From assembly GCA_000004985.1 (NCBI GenBank), contig GG738883.1: DNA of 64,000 nt. One strand, written 5' to 3'. The position numbers and the translations under genes are program-made. Source of the DNA: Naegleria gruberi (taxonomy: Eukaryota). Shown here one piece after another: positions 36,440-48,226 of this stretch; position 1 is the first letter of the stretch; each line of letters opens with the position of its first letter. Below the pieces are notes generated by a model, which was not told where the DNA came from, did not search any database, and saw only the letters and a list, made by a program, of their open reading frames with translations.

Positions 36440-38300
36440 AAAAATATTGCAAAAATATTGGCTAAACATGTACGTCCATCACGACTCTGTTGATTCTTGG
36501 AGTAGTTTCACATCTATTAACTCCAAAAATTTCACCACATCATCTCATCATCATTTAAATAATAGTATTAATAGTAATTTTTGGAATTTAATTGTTCATC
36601 ATGATTTGGAAATAATTTTATTATTCGGAAAAATTCAAGTTGGTAAAATCATTATAATAGTAATATTTGTGGAAATAAATCTGGTAATAGTAATATTTTA
36701 GTGAAATTCAATCATCATCACTGCCAGATTTATATGATAATTTGGAAAACTTTCAATCTAGTATTGTTCAGCATGGTCGATTCCATCAGGTAAAATTACT
36801 TCCGAATATTTTCCTATTGGTTATCAGTTGGCGCCACCGTTGGCGATGTACATGTTTATTTTCATCTAAATAATAGTATTTGTGGAATTTTTAATTATTG
36901 GATTATTACTGTTAATATTATGCAAAAAGCTGATATTTTGATTTATGAATGAACCATCAAACAAAAGGAAAGAGTATGGATCTAAATCAGTATACTGCAA
37001 GCAAAATAAGATTGCCCTTGATCAATTAGGAAGACTATTGAAACAATTTGATAATGGTAGTTTGACTGGAAAAGAAACATTAGCAAGAGGTAGAAAATCT
37101 CTAAAATTAACAAGTGATGAAATTGTTTCTGTAATTACTGATATTAGATCCCAAAGAGATGCTAAAAAGCAAATTTCAGATACTGCAATCCATGAAGCTA
37201 TCACAAAAATTACAAATAAGACAGTGAGTTTATCTTATTGTCACAGTTTTGGAGTTAAATATTTTGATCAAGAATCAGTGAAAACTAAAATGGTAAAAGC
37301 TGTAAAATTGGTGATCACTATATGAAAGAGTATATAGATGGTATTATTTCTATACTCTTTTCGCTAAATTGGTGTTTGAAGTATTAGAATTTAATCCTAC
37401 CAATAATGCAATATTTCTTTGATGAAACAGGCACTGATACAAACAAACAAGGCCTTAAAACATATGTAGATAGCCAAGTTGATAATGGATATGTTCCTTC
37501 ATGTAATCATATCAAAGAAAAAGATACATTCTTGGTAGGAGTGAATACTGTTGGTGAATTCTTGCCAATAAGTGTTGTTCTTTCTCAAGAAAAAAAAAAG
37601 AAGACGATTGCAGGTGAGAAAACTACTATTCAAGAGAAAGTACGTGGAGTTCACTTATCACATATTGAAACATGGGTCAAAGATGTGTTATTGCAAAAAT
37701 GTAAACGTGGTGATTTATTAATTTGGGATAATCTAGCAGCTCACAAATTTCAAAATCCAGAAATTGCTATCAGATGCTGATATATTTAATATTTGTCTAC
37801 CATTTGGGCATCATTAATTGGAAAACCCTTCTGCTGAAAGAAGTGAAAGAAATCAAGCTTTCAAAGAAATATGTCACAAAAGATAATTCAAGGAAGTTTT
37901 CGTAAATGTATTCTAGATTTCTGGAACTATTCGAATCAGGAACTCAAATAGATATATTTGGTTATGGATTAGCAGCAAAGAGTCAAGGCTATTTACAATA
38001 TTTACCTGTTGATATGGTGTTGAAACTATATTCAAATATGTTAATAGTTTACATATTTGATTGAAAATACGATAGTATTGGCATTTATTAATTTTTGAAC
38101 AAGCTATTGGTAAATGGATGATTTTCAGCGCTTTTGAATATATTGAGGAATTGTCAATTATTATTATTGAAACAAAACTGAATAAGCTCAGAGATTCTTC
38201 CTCAATACTTAATACATAAGATTGATGGTATATACAAAAATCTCCACAACTATAGTGTTCACCAACCATCAATATACTATTCACATGCTTTACTACAACT
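36440..38300 (+). mobile_element. Degraded Tc1/mariner-superfamily-like DDE transposon remnant with a fragmented transposase
   Basis: ORF 36945..37325 has a Tc1/paired-like HTH with an RGRKSLKLTSDE motif. ORF 37406..37780, in another frame, carries DDE-region motifs (LLIWDNLAAHK), and further fragments follow. Internal repeats CATTTAAATAATAGTATTAATAGTAATTTTTGGAATTTAATTG (~36550) and CATCTAAATAATAGTATTTGTGGAATTTTTAATTATTG (~36866). Flanking AT-rich junk ORF 37913..38284. Confidence 0.45.
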
Positions 38301-38500
38301 TTCTCTCTCTTCTTACGACGATTTCTCCGTAATACAGCAAACGTTGCTTTGGATGAATGGTTGAATGCAACATCAAAGTTACTTCAAAATAAACCTTATT
38401 CCAAGAAGTCTGAATTTTTTCAAAAATTATATATTTATATTTTCTCAACCAAATATGATTATTTAACAACGTTGCAGCTCATCAAAACAAGCTATTGAAT

Positions 38501-39451
38501 TCATTCATCACTACTATCGTATCTATCTTCCATTTCTTCTAGGAGATTGAGCTTGTTAACTGATGCAACTTTCACACCCAATGACTCTGCTCTTTTGAAT
38601 AATTCAAGAGCTCTTTCTAAGTCTTCAAACTCATCTCCGCACGTAAGACTGACCCCTAAATCATTAATGGCTCGTGGATGATCTTGCTGAGCTGCTTTTT
38701 CAAGCCAAAATATTTTCATTTCCTTATCTTCATAACCTGGTTCGACACGGAATAAGATTGAAAGGTTGTACTGAGCTCTGACATGTCCTTTCTTTGCAGC
38801 TTTAATAGTCCACTCAAATGCCTTTCTAACATTCTTTTCAGTTCCCTTCCCTTTGGCATAGAAACTTCCAAGTTTACATTGAGATTTCACAATTCCTTGT
38901 TGAGATGCCTTTGAGAACCACTTGAATGCTTCATTGTAATCTTTTCGAAATTCAAATTCTCTTCCAATTGAGTATTGTGATAACGAATGTCCTAGCTCAG
39001 CAGCTTTTAAATAAAGATCAAATCCTTTAGAATTCATTTTGTTAGCGTACATGATATTCCCTGCTTTTCGAAAGAATAGGGGACTGTGAGTATCTGCAAT
39101 TTCTACAAATAAATCGACTTGTTCCTGACAACTTCCTCCCTTAATACTAGGTAAAGTGAACACATTCAAGCTAGATAGGAATGACGCTTTTGGTAAAAGA
39201 TTTCTGAAAGTGTCAAAATCAATCGATTTCCCCTTCAATTCCAATATTTCCAAACTGGTAAAATTTTTGCAAGATAAAACGTGTTGTAAATCTTCTGGTG
39301 AAAGGTCATAATTATTCATGTCCAATTCCAAAACTCCCTGCATGGCACTACTATTACACATTTCCTCAATACTAAAAGACTCGGTTTTATGCACTTCAAT
39401 TCTCACCCATGGAATTGAATAGAAAACGTGATGGAAAGATTTGGCGACCAA
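38501..39451 (-). CDS. Sel1-repeat protein with an LRR/F-box-like N-terminal region
   Basis: Four or more Sel1 repeats (SQYSIGREFEFRKDYNEAFKWFSKASQQG; SQCKLGSFYAKGKGTEKNVRKAFEWTIKAAKKG). A 5' exon is possibly missing. Confidence 0.55.
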   Translation of the reverse strand: MVAKSFHHVFYSIPWVRIEVHKTESFSIEEMCNSSAMQGVLELDMNNYDLSPEDLQHVLSCKNFTSLEILELKGKSIDFDTFRNLLPKASFLSSLNVFTLPSIKGGSCQEQVDLFVEIADTHSPLFFRKAGNIMYANKMNSKGFDLYLKAAELGHSLSQYSIGREFEFRKDYNEAFKWFSKASQQGIVKSQCKLGSFYAKGKGTEKNVRKAFEWTIKAAKKGHVRAQYNLSILFRVEPGYEDKEMKIFWLEKAAQQDHPRAINDLGVSLTCGDEFEDLERALELFKRAESLGVKVASVNKLNLLEEMEDRYDSSDE

Positions 39452-39677
39452 TTTGGAAAGTCAAAATTTGAAATTTGTACTGAAAATTATTTAGGAAAGA
39501 TCGTATATGAAACACAATATCAGGTGGAATGTAGATCCCTTCCATTTTTTTTATGAACGGTAAATTTGAAAACGTGATCAGAGTTTACAAAAATGGTTTT
39601 CATTGCAAGCATTGTCACAAAGCTAAAAATAGGAATGAATTGAAAAAATAGTTTTGAATTTATTTATTATATGTCAA

Positions 39678-41561
39678 TTAAAGAAGGAACAAGATAAGCA
39701 CAATCAAGCAAGAGAAATACTTCAAAGTCATACTGATGGAGACACTTCCACTTACTTGTGCCAAAGGAGCCAACAATACATTTCCACTCAAATTCTTTGT
39801 TTGACAAACAACTGAACCATTTTGGTTAGTAGTAATAATTGTTGTATCCACACTAACAGTCTCTGTAGCCCTATCATATCTTCCACAAATTGGAGTCATT
39901 GTACCAGAATATGGGATTGTAATCTTGATATAACCGTTGACAATACCATCAGCTATAGTACCATTTTCAAAAAGTGGAATAAAATCATAAACCTTAGATA
40001 CCATTTTCAATGAAGATTCTCTTTTTTTTGTTGGCTGTACAGTTCGAGCATTTGCTAAAACAGCTTGAATGCAATAATTAAATTCGTACTTGTCTGTAAT
40101 TAGGAAACATGCCAAGAAACGAGTTTTTGAAGTTGCCATTTCAATAGTAGAGGAACCAACAGGAATTAAACTAGCTCCCTTAGCAACTGCCAAATCAATG
40201 TTAGCGCTACTTGCTGTGACAACATCACCAAGTGTGAGAGCTGGTGTTAATTTCGCACCAATGGACTTGGCCAATAAAGATGACTTGTCGTTAGATGTCA
40301 ATAACAAGGCATTTGAGGCAACATTAATAACAGATTTAACAATGTCAGGAGAGAATTTAGAATTACGAGTAGATTCAATTAATGCATCTAAGGCCTTATT
40401 AGCAGACGTTTGTGTAAGTTCACCAGCAACTGAAGTGACAGATTCAAGTACTTTCACTACAGCCCCAAGATCACCTGAAGCAATATCTTTGGAGAGTGAT
40501 GTAATAATAGTATTTCTTATGGCTGCCTTTGTTGAAATTTGAGAATTATCACTTGTTGAAACTGTATTCAATAGAGAGGCAACACCTAACAAGTCTCCAA
40601 CAGACGAATTAGTGGAAAGGAGGTTAGATATGAGTGTAATAGCTTGACTAGTTGGCAAATTTGCAACTGGATTGGTGAGTGGAATGGTAGTCAATTTTTG
40701 AATACTGACGGATTTAGAACCATATGTTGCAACATAGAGATCAATTGAATTTTTACCAGAAAGTAATGGTAAAGTAAATGTAGCTGGATTTGGTGACACC
40801 TCGGTAAGAATTGTAATGGCGTCAGAATCAGCAAAACCAAATCCATAACCAAAATCAGAATCAGAATATGGATTAGAATTACCAGTAATAGTCAACTTGA
40901 AATTGGTTTTACCAGCAATGCCTGATGTAATAATTTGATTTGTGTTGGCATCTTGTAACAAGAATGTCAATTTTGGATCTTGTTGAACTACAATTGTAGT
41001 TGATTCAGTGATAGTAACACTCAAGGAAGGAGTTGTAACTTTGGCAGTCAATGAAAAACCATAAGTATTACCAGATTTAATACCATTATCAAGAGACAAC
41101 TTGTCTACCTTTCCAGGGATTTTCAATTGTGGTCTATTTAAATACCCTGCAACTGATGCCAAATCAAAAGCTGGACCAGAAACTTGTGACCAAGAATATT
41201 CAACATTAGAAATAACATCATTAGTGGCCAATGATGATATAGAAGATATAACCTGAACACCCAACATTGGGTGGGTGTATGCAGATGTTGCAACTGCACC
41301 AAAAACAGAACAATATTTACCATAAAATCGACTTGGACATGAACAAACACCAGCAGTACAACTACCATAACCACTACATTGTAGATAAACACCAATGGCT
41401 GTATCAATACATTGTTCTTCTTCTTGATTTCTCTTAATTGTGAGGTGGTTAGGATCGGAGACAGCACCATATGATAGGCAACACATATATGAGGAGAAAA
41501 CTAACCAAGCAACTAGAAGAACCAGTTTGCTGGTTGTGTGCGTGTGGATGGTTGTTGCCAT
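39678..41561 (-). CDS. Large secreted Ser/Thr-rich protein with an N-terminal EGF-like module and a C-terminal hydrophobic (GPI-anchor-like) tail
   Basis: Likely start MATTIHTHTTSKLVLLVAWLVFSSYMCCLSYG (signal peptide). EGF-like CIDTAIGVYLQCSGYGSCTAGVCSCPSRFYGKYC. A ~500-aa S/T/N-rich region. C-terminal YFSCLIVLILFLL. Confidence 0.5.
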   Translation of the reverse strand: MATTIHTHTTSKLVLLVAWLVFSSYMCCLSYGAVSDPNHLTIKRNQEEEQCIDTAIGVYLQCSGYGSCTAGVCSCPSRFYGKYCSVFGAVATSAYTHPMLGVQVISSISSLATNDVISNVEYSWSQVSGPAFDLASVAGYLNRPQLKIPGKVDKLSLDNGIKSGNTYGFSLTAKVTTPSLSVTITESTTIVVQQDPKLTFLLQDANTNQIITSGIAGKTNFKLTITGNSNPYSDSDFGYGFGFADSDAITILTEVSPNPATFTLPLLSGKNSIDLYVATYGSKSVSIQKLTTIPLTNPVANLPTSQAITLISNLLSTNSSVGDLLGVASLLNTVSTSDNSQISTKAAIRNTIITSLSKDIASGDLGAVVKVLESVTSVAGELTQTSANKALDALIESTRNSKFSPDIVKSVINVASNALLLTSNDKSSLLAKSIGAKLTPALTLGDVVTASSANIDLAVAKGASLIPVGSSTIEMATSKTRFLACFLITDKYEFNYCIQAVLANARTVQPTKKRESSLKMVSKVYDFIPLFENGTIADGIVNGYIKITIPYSGTMTPICGRYDRATETVSVDTTIITTNQNGSVVCQTKNLSGNVLLAPLAQVSGSVSISMTLKYFSCLIVLILFLL

Positions 41562-42155
41562 ATGTTTTTTAAAGATCTTGATAAGGAACAAATGAACCTG
41601 TTGATGAAACTGTAGTTGCCAGTGGTGGGTTAACAATCAAGGATTCTTTAAGCGGATTGGGTTGTGGGCACATTTAATTTCAATCAAAAGTTCATCAGGA
41701 ATAAATTTGATATTGTATTATTTCACAAATTACTTTCTTTTCCAATGAAGATAAAAGATGAAGAGATAGAACCTTCCTTTTGATTTTATTCCTGGCTAAT
41801 GATGGAAAACAATGATGATGGTTTGTTTGGTGAATAATCGGAGCACCAACTTGAATTTTCCACGATGAAATATAAGTTTCCAATCACATGATGAAAATTC
41901 ACTTCTTAAAATTGATGTGAATTATTCTTTGATTTCATGATGTGAGAAATCACTCTGAAAATCAGCATTGCCACAAAGTACCTGTTGACGAATATTGTTA
42001 ATCCTGATTCAAATTTTACTATTAAAACTCCCAACCCCACCTCAATACCAAAAGTGTATTAAGTGTGAATAAAGCTCCGAGGAGTAAGTAGTTCTAATTT
42101 ACTGCCATCTTATTTCGAATACAGATGAAATGCACATTCTAACAAATTAAAAAAA

Positions 42156-42980
42156 ATGATAATTTTCATTCCATCATTTAGAAGGTCTATAAAGAATCCT
42201 GCTTATTATTTATGTATTCTTGGCTTGGTGTTTTTAGTGTTGGCCATTGTGTATAGTGTATATTTCTCGAGTAATTATGCTGATTTGCAACCTAAGGCAG
42301 CTATTTGTAGTGTGTTTGATGCCAATACTAAGAGGAGAATATGTTCGGAAGCTGATTGTCAATTGGTGAAAAAGTTTAATGTGAATTCTTATAAATTACC
42401 GACACGGGCTAATATTCATTATTCAGAAACAAAGAAGATGGACCATAAATTTACAATTTCGGAACAAGATATTGGACAGGAGAGTCCTGTTGAATGTATT
42501 GCTGGAATGACCACGTGTTATGAACCTGGATGGGATGTCAATTCGAATCTAAACGAATGGATTAGAAGAATTTCAACTAACATGGTAACAACAGATAAGG
42601 AACAAGCATTGAACATGGTTCAATCATTGACCAATTCAACTGCAGATACATTCTGGAATTGTTATGAAAGATTTGAAATTCTAAATTGGTATTTATCAGA
42701 TTTTCCATTTCTACTTCCAACAACTGATCTGATTTTGATTTGTGTGTTTTATCCTCTTTCAATTTTGGTATTTTCAGTAGCTATTATATTTATCTGGTGG
42801 AGAGTAGCTGTGGCAAGAAAGAATAGAGCACCAACAACAACTGAAACAAGCAACTCAAAGGTAAATTCAAAGAAAAAACAAAGCAAGACTAAATCAAGTG
42901 AAAAGCAACCTCTGGTGATTAATGCTCAACCAAACAATGAATCTAACATGGCACGAACAAATGGAAATTCAATGGTTTAA
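42156..42980 (+). CDS. Hypothetical two-TM membrane protein with a Cys-containing ectodomain and a basic Ser/Lys-rich tail
   Basis: TM segments AYYLCILGLVFLVLAIVYSVYF and LILICVFYPLSILVFSVAIIFIWW. No family recognised. Confidence 0.35.
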   Translation: MIIFIPSFRRSIKNPAYYLCILGLVFLVLAIVYSVYFSSNYADLQPKAAICSVFDANTKRRICSEADCQLVKKFNVNSYKLPTRANIHYSETKKMDHKFTISEQDIGQESPVECIAGMTTCYEPGWDVNSNLNEWIRRISTNMVTTDKEQALNMVQSLTNSTADTFWNCYERFEILNWYLSDFPFLLPTTDLILICVFYPLSILVFSVAIIFIWWRVAVARKNRAPTTTETSNSKVNSKKKQSKTKSSEKQPLVINAQPNNESNMARTNGNSMV

Positions 42981-43131
42981 ACGGAAACTAATCTCATGAT
43001 GAATTTAGTGAAAATTTTCACTTTTCCTTAATACTATTACACATCCAAACCGATTAGTAAATAGTAAATGTCTTAAATGTGTGTTCGCTTAGAGATGAGG
43101 ACTTATTTCTTTTAAAAAAATAAAACAAAAA

Positions 43132-43827
43132 ATGAAAAGAAAGAGAGAAACTCCAAAAACTCCAACCAAACAAGATCAACGTAATGTTAAGAAAACAGTG
43201 CACCGTCCCGATCATTTAAATGCTTTGGAATATCTTAAAGGTGCTCAACAAGGATGTATAAAGTCGCAATTTAATATTGGATTTTTATATCAAAATGGAA
43301 AAGGAGATAAACAAGATTATTCCAAAGCAATGGAATGGTATTTAAAAGCTGCTGAAAATGGTCATTCAGCATCACAATTTCAAATTGGATGGTTATACAA
43401 GCATGGAAAAGGAGTTAAACAGGATTATTCCAAAGCAATGGAATGGTATTTAAAAGCTGCTGGAAATGGTCATTCAGCATCATATCACAACATTGGATGT
43501 TTATATCAAGCATGGAAAAGGAGTTAAACAGGATTATTCCAAAGCAATGGAGTGGTTTTTAATATCTACTAACAATGGTCATTCAATTCATCATATCACA
43601 ACATTGGATTTTTATATCAAAATGGACAAGGAGTCAAACAAGATTACAAAAAAGCAATGGAATGGTTTCTAAAAGCTGCTGAACATGGTCATTCATGCGC
43701 TCAATTTCAAATTGGATGGTTATACCTTATTGGAAAAGGAGTTCAACATGATTATTGCAAAGCAATGGAATGGATCATAAAAGCTGCTGAGAATGGAAGC
43801 TCTGCAGCCCAAAATTTCATTAATTGA
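43132..43827 (+). pseudogene. Sel1-repeat gene interrupted by two compensating frameshifts (+1 at ~43507, +2 at ~43585)
   Basis: Frame 1 encodes a basic N-terminus plus three Sel1 repeats, then a stop at 43525. The repeat array continues in frame 2 (HGKGVKQDYSKAMEWFLISTNNGHS) and then returns to frame 1 (YHNIGFLYQNGQGVKQDYKKAMEWFLKAAEHGHSCAQFQIGWLY...AAQNFIN*). Alignment with neighbouring repeat units shows 1-nt and 2-nt insertions. Confidence 0.5.
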
Positions 43828-44066
43828 AACAAACTGTAAACAAAGTTTCAAATATTTGAAAGAGCAACTTATCATTATTCCACTAAATCAATGAAGACAA
43901 TTTTCTACTCAATAAACTTTCCATCTTTAATCTCAGAGTGTTTCTTTCTTGAATGTTGCTTTTTAGGATCCTTTTTCGCAGATTCTCCATCTGAGCTGTG
44001 CCTTTGTTGATTGATATTATTCGAAACGTGTATAAACTATTTTTGTAATGACTACAAACAAAAAAA

Positions 44067-46333
44067 ATGGCATCAACCGATAAGAAGAAATGGGAAGAAG
44101 CTGTTGAATGTATCCGAAACAATGATTATTCCAAAATTCGTTCCTGCTCACTTCATTCCATCATTAATAATGAATATGATGAACATTTTAATTTTACCTT
44201 GTTGAGATTGGCTTGTAATATGGAAAGAGATGAAATTGTAGAGTATTTACTGACTATTCCGAATATTGATGTGAATCGGATGGTACGTTTTATGATATTT
44301 AATATTTAAATATTTTTAAATATTTTGTAAAGACTCCGTTGGTTTATTGTAAAAAAGTGGAAATTGTAAAATTGTTACTGGGACATTCAAATATTAATGT
44401 CAATCAAGTAGTAAGTAGGAAATTGTGGGTTGTTTTAATTGTTGAATGATTTCTAGTCTGTAAGTTTAGAATAGTTTTATTGGAAACTAAAATAATTAGG
44501 AAGTATGTATGCTGTTTATTTGGAAATTTAGTAATATTCGGAATTGTTAGAATGTATGTTCAGCAATCTCTTGAAAATTAACTCTTTTGATTTTCTGGAT
44601 AAAATAGGTATTTGATAATCAGGTATGGTTCGAATAATTTCGAATAGCTAATTATCTATGATAATTTAGACACCTCTATACCGAGCATGTGTAGAAGGAA
44701 ATCTGGAAATTGTAAAATTATTATTGGAATCACCTTTTATTGATGTAAACAAATTCGTAAGTTTACTATTTATGGAAATTTAATTTCATAAATAGAATCC
44801 TTTGAAAGTTGCATGCAGAAATTGTGATATAGAAATTGTAAAACATCTGATCAATGCACCATCCATTAAAATTGATCCAAGCATATCCGTATGTTTCAAT
44901 TACAATGCAAAAGTTACCAATTTTGGATAAAGAAAGAGATTTTGGAACATGTTGAGGAAAATGTTAGAAAGGAAATGGATCTCAACAGCTTACTTTTGAA
45001 ATATTCGAATCATATTGAAATTATTCAACTACTGAATACTTCAGTAGACATACAGAACAAGATTGACCATTTATATGTGGAGTCAATCAAATATTTACTT
45101 GTTAGAATGATGTTTATTGGATCTGATTGGTCTAAAATTTCGGATACTGGAGAATTTATTTCATCGAACACAAATCTAAATGAGAAAGTAAGAAAATTAG
45201 TATTATCCTACATGGAATATAGCTCAGCCTTTGAACTCTTGCTTTTACAAACGAATAGGAAAGCCTTAATGACCCTTCCTTTAAAACACGTGCTTTCTCA
45301 CAAGAAGGATCAATTTATTTCATGGGAGGAATATGTTGTTTACAATTTGGCTGAATTAATTGCATACAGTTATTCGAAAGTTCAATTTGAACCGAGGAAA
45401 GTTACAAAACTCTCAAATCCAAAAATTGAAAGCATGAATAAGACAATTCTAGGAAAAGGAGGTTACGGAACTGTGTTTAAGGTTAAATTAAACGAGAAGG
45501 ATGTCGCTGAGAAAGTAACTCACTTAATCTCTATTATTGAAATTGAAATACTTGAAAAGATTAATACCTACACAGGAACTGTGGAAATGCTACACCATTT
45601 GCAGTATGATGGAGGGTTTAGGCTATATTTTGAATTGATGGATAGCTCATTGAAAGAGTATTCGATTTGTGGAGATTCATTCCTGAAACTATTTCAAATT
45701 TTGATGGTCTTCTTGAAATGTTCTGGAACCCTCAATAGAATGCACCAAGATGGTATAGTGCACAATGACATTAAGCCTCCAAATATATTGGTTTCCAAGA
45801 TGGAGGTTGGTGGTGAAATACTTATTAAGGATGCCAAAATTGCTGACTTTGATGTTTCACAACAAATTGAGAAAACAGAAACATATAATGTATCGAGGGT
45901 GGGTACATTGGGTTATATGGCACCGGAATTGATTGCTTTAATTAATAATCAACTTCCTAAGGATTTTGAATTCAATAGAAAAGCAATTGATGTCTATAGC
46001 TTTGGAGTTACCATGTATGAATTACTATTTGGAGAAATATATTTGAAAGATAACAATGAACAACGATCTCTACTTTCATTAACCCGTATCAAAAACTCAT
46101 TAAGTGGTCTCATACTAGGATCTGACTCAAGTAGCAGATTAGAAGTTAGTTTAATGCAAAGTTATAATTTTCTAAATGGAGAACAAGTTGAAAAATTGGT
46201 AAATTTGGTAAATGCTTGCACATGTGTAGATCCCAAAAAAAGAAAATCATTTAGTGCCATTCAGGAAGAATTGCTTCAAATTACTATGGATATTTTCACT
46301 CAATACAGAAAAGGATATGTATTAGACTTTTAG
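44067..46333 (+). CDS. Ankyrin-repeat protein kinase
   Basis: Four short ankyrin exons (44067..~44283, ~44333..44409, ~44672..44757, ~44800..44888), each ending in a GTA(C/A)GT donor: TLLRLACNMERDEIVEYLL, TPLVYCKKVEIVKLLLGH, TPLYRACVEGNLEIVKLLLES, NPLKVACRNCDIEIVKHLI. Kinase exon to 46333: GKGGYGTVFKV, HNDIKPPNILV, DFD (in place of DFG), GTLGYMAPE. Confidence 0.6.
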
Positions 46334-46469
46334 TATCCAACCCTAACAATTTGTGGGTAAAGTTAATTTTCTTTTTATCTTTCATTTTCACTCAAGCCAG
46401 AAACAAAACTAAATGTTTACTTCAGAAATAAATTTCATTAAATTTGCACAGTTTATTGGTTTGCAAGTT

Positions 46470-47849
46470 TTAAACAGCTGATGCTTCAACATAAATATTG
46501 GTTGCCACAGTTGGAGCAGTTCCAAACTTGATAGTAATAGCAGTTGTTGATACACTTTGAATGCTCCAATAGGTGGACCAAGTTGGAGTGAATGAAAATT
46601 TGATTGGTACCCTTTCGAATGCACTATCGAATGTGAGTGTCGCTGTGGTGGATCCAGCAGCTACACTAACAGTCTTTGATTGTTTCAAAACAATTCCAAT
46701 AAATGTACCATCAGCACTCAATGCATTGAAATTCAACTTGCTTCCAGCAATATTGTAAAAGATTGTAGATCCAAACAAATTCTTGGCACCACCAGCAGTA
46801 ATTCCAGCATCCAAATTGACAAATCTGCAAGAGTAGAAGCTGAAACGTCCCTTATATTCATCATAACCAACAGCAGTACTTCCATGAAGATTACCCAAGA
46901 AGAGAACTGAATAAAAGTCAACTGTAGCAGCCTTTGGAACTGAAACCATTGTCTTTTGATTTTCAAAGGCACCTCCTGTCATGAGTAAATTAACATTTAC
47001 AGCACCTGGCAATGAAGAATCAAAACGAATACCATAAGTATCCTTGGTGTAATCTCCATCTCCTGGATAATAGCTCAAATGACAATTTGACATTTGGAAA
47101 GCAACAGCATTGAAAGTATTATCAGAACCAGCATTTCTAAAAACAATATTTGATGATTGAGTTGCTTTTGCTGTTCCCAAAGTAAACATGGAAGTGTCAA
47201 AGTGGACAAAAGCATTCCAATTTTCAGCGTCCATAGAATCGACAATTAAATTGTGCTCAGTTGCACCATTCAAGTTCAAATTATCAAATTTCAACCATTG
47301 GTAACCGTTCAATCTCATGTTGGAAATGGCAACATTAGGATTGTTATTCTTAACATAAACTCTTTCGAATTGTGAGATGGAAACCAAATCCAAATCAACC
47401 ATTGGTGAACCAGTTGATGAACCAGTGTTTACAAATGCCAAATCAAAAACTTTAAATCCCTTTACATTTTGCATTGGTGATGCATTGTTACCGACCTTAA
47501 CTTTACCAGCTCCACGAAGATAGAGAACAGAGGATTGGGTACCTTCACCCATCAATGTAACACCATCTTTAACAATTGTCAAATTGGAGGAAATGGTATA
47601 CATGCCCTTTGGGAAGAAGATTCTTACACCAATATTGTATGGTTGGGAATTGGTACTGTCAGATGTTGTTGAAATGTACGTGTTGATAATGTTGGTAATA
47701 ACAGGAGCACAATCGTATGTGGATGCACCAGTCAAAATACCTGCCTGTTCAGAAGATGGAATGTTGTCAAGAATGTTGACAGTGGTTGCGTTACAGAAAG
47801 CAATGACAAGAGCCAAGCTCAATAAAACAACAGTGAATTGCTTTAACAT
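46470..47849 (-). CDS. Secreted right-handed parallel β-helix (pectin-lyase-fold-like) protein
   Basis: Probable start MLKQFTVVLLSLALVIAFCNA (signal peptide) at 47849. Body of ~22-25-aa Asn/Gly/Val-ladder repeats (NLNLNGATEHNLIVDSMDAENWNAFVHFDTSMF; GNLHGSTAVGYDEYKGRFSFYSCRFVNLDAGITAGGAKNLFGSTIFYNIAGS). Confidence 0.45.
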   Translation of the reverse strand: MLKQFTVVLLSLALVIAFCNATTVNILDNIPSSEQAGILTGASTYDCAPVITNIINTYISTTSDSTNSQPYNIGVRIFFPKGMYTISSNLTIVKDGVTLMGEGTQSSVLYLRGAGKVKVGNNASPMQNVKGFKVFDLAFVNTGSSTGSPMVDLDLVSISQFERVYVKNNNPNVAISNMRLNGYQWLKFDNLNLNGATEHNLIVDSMDAENWNAFVHFDTSMFTLGTAKATQSSNIVFRNAGSDNTFNAVAFQMSNCHLSYYPGDGDYTKDTYGIRFDSSLPGAVNVNLLMTGGAFENQKTMVSVPKAATVDFYSVLFLGNLHGSTAVGYDEYKGRFSFYSCRFVNLDAGITAGGAKNLFGSTIFYNIAGSKLNFNALSADGTFIGIVLKQSKTVSVAAGSTTATLTFDSAFERVPIKFSFTPTWSTYWSIQSVSTTAITIKFGTAPTVATNIYVEASAV

Positions 47850-48226
47850 GTTTTTTCTTTGTGGTGGAATTGTCAGTGTCTGCCGGCCATCCTTCTTGTG
47901 TGAATAAACATTGTTACTTGTTGCTATTCCACTACCTCCAAATATGGATGTCTTCAAGTCAACCGCTTGTTGATTTGCAACAAGTAAAGTACTAATTGCG
48001 AAAGGCATTACGAAATAAAAAGCATGTCGAAAGTACGTTTCCAAATTATAAAAGCAAAATTACCTTTTAGAATATTTTCTAAATTGTCGTTGTAATTGGC
48101 TGTTGGTTGACTTGACTTGTAAGTTGCCTTTTCTAAATTAGTGCCAGTATCAATAGATCGATGTTACTCTCCTCACCACGATAATTCCATTTGAGAATTT
48201 CTATACAACAAGCTTTAATTATTTCA

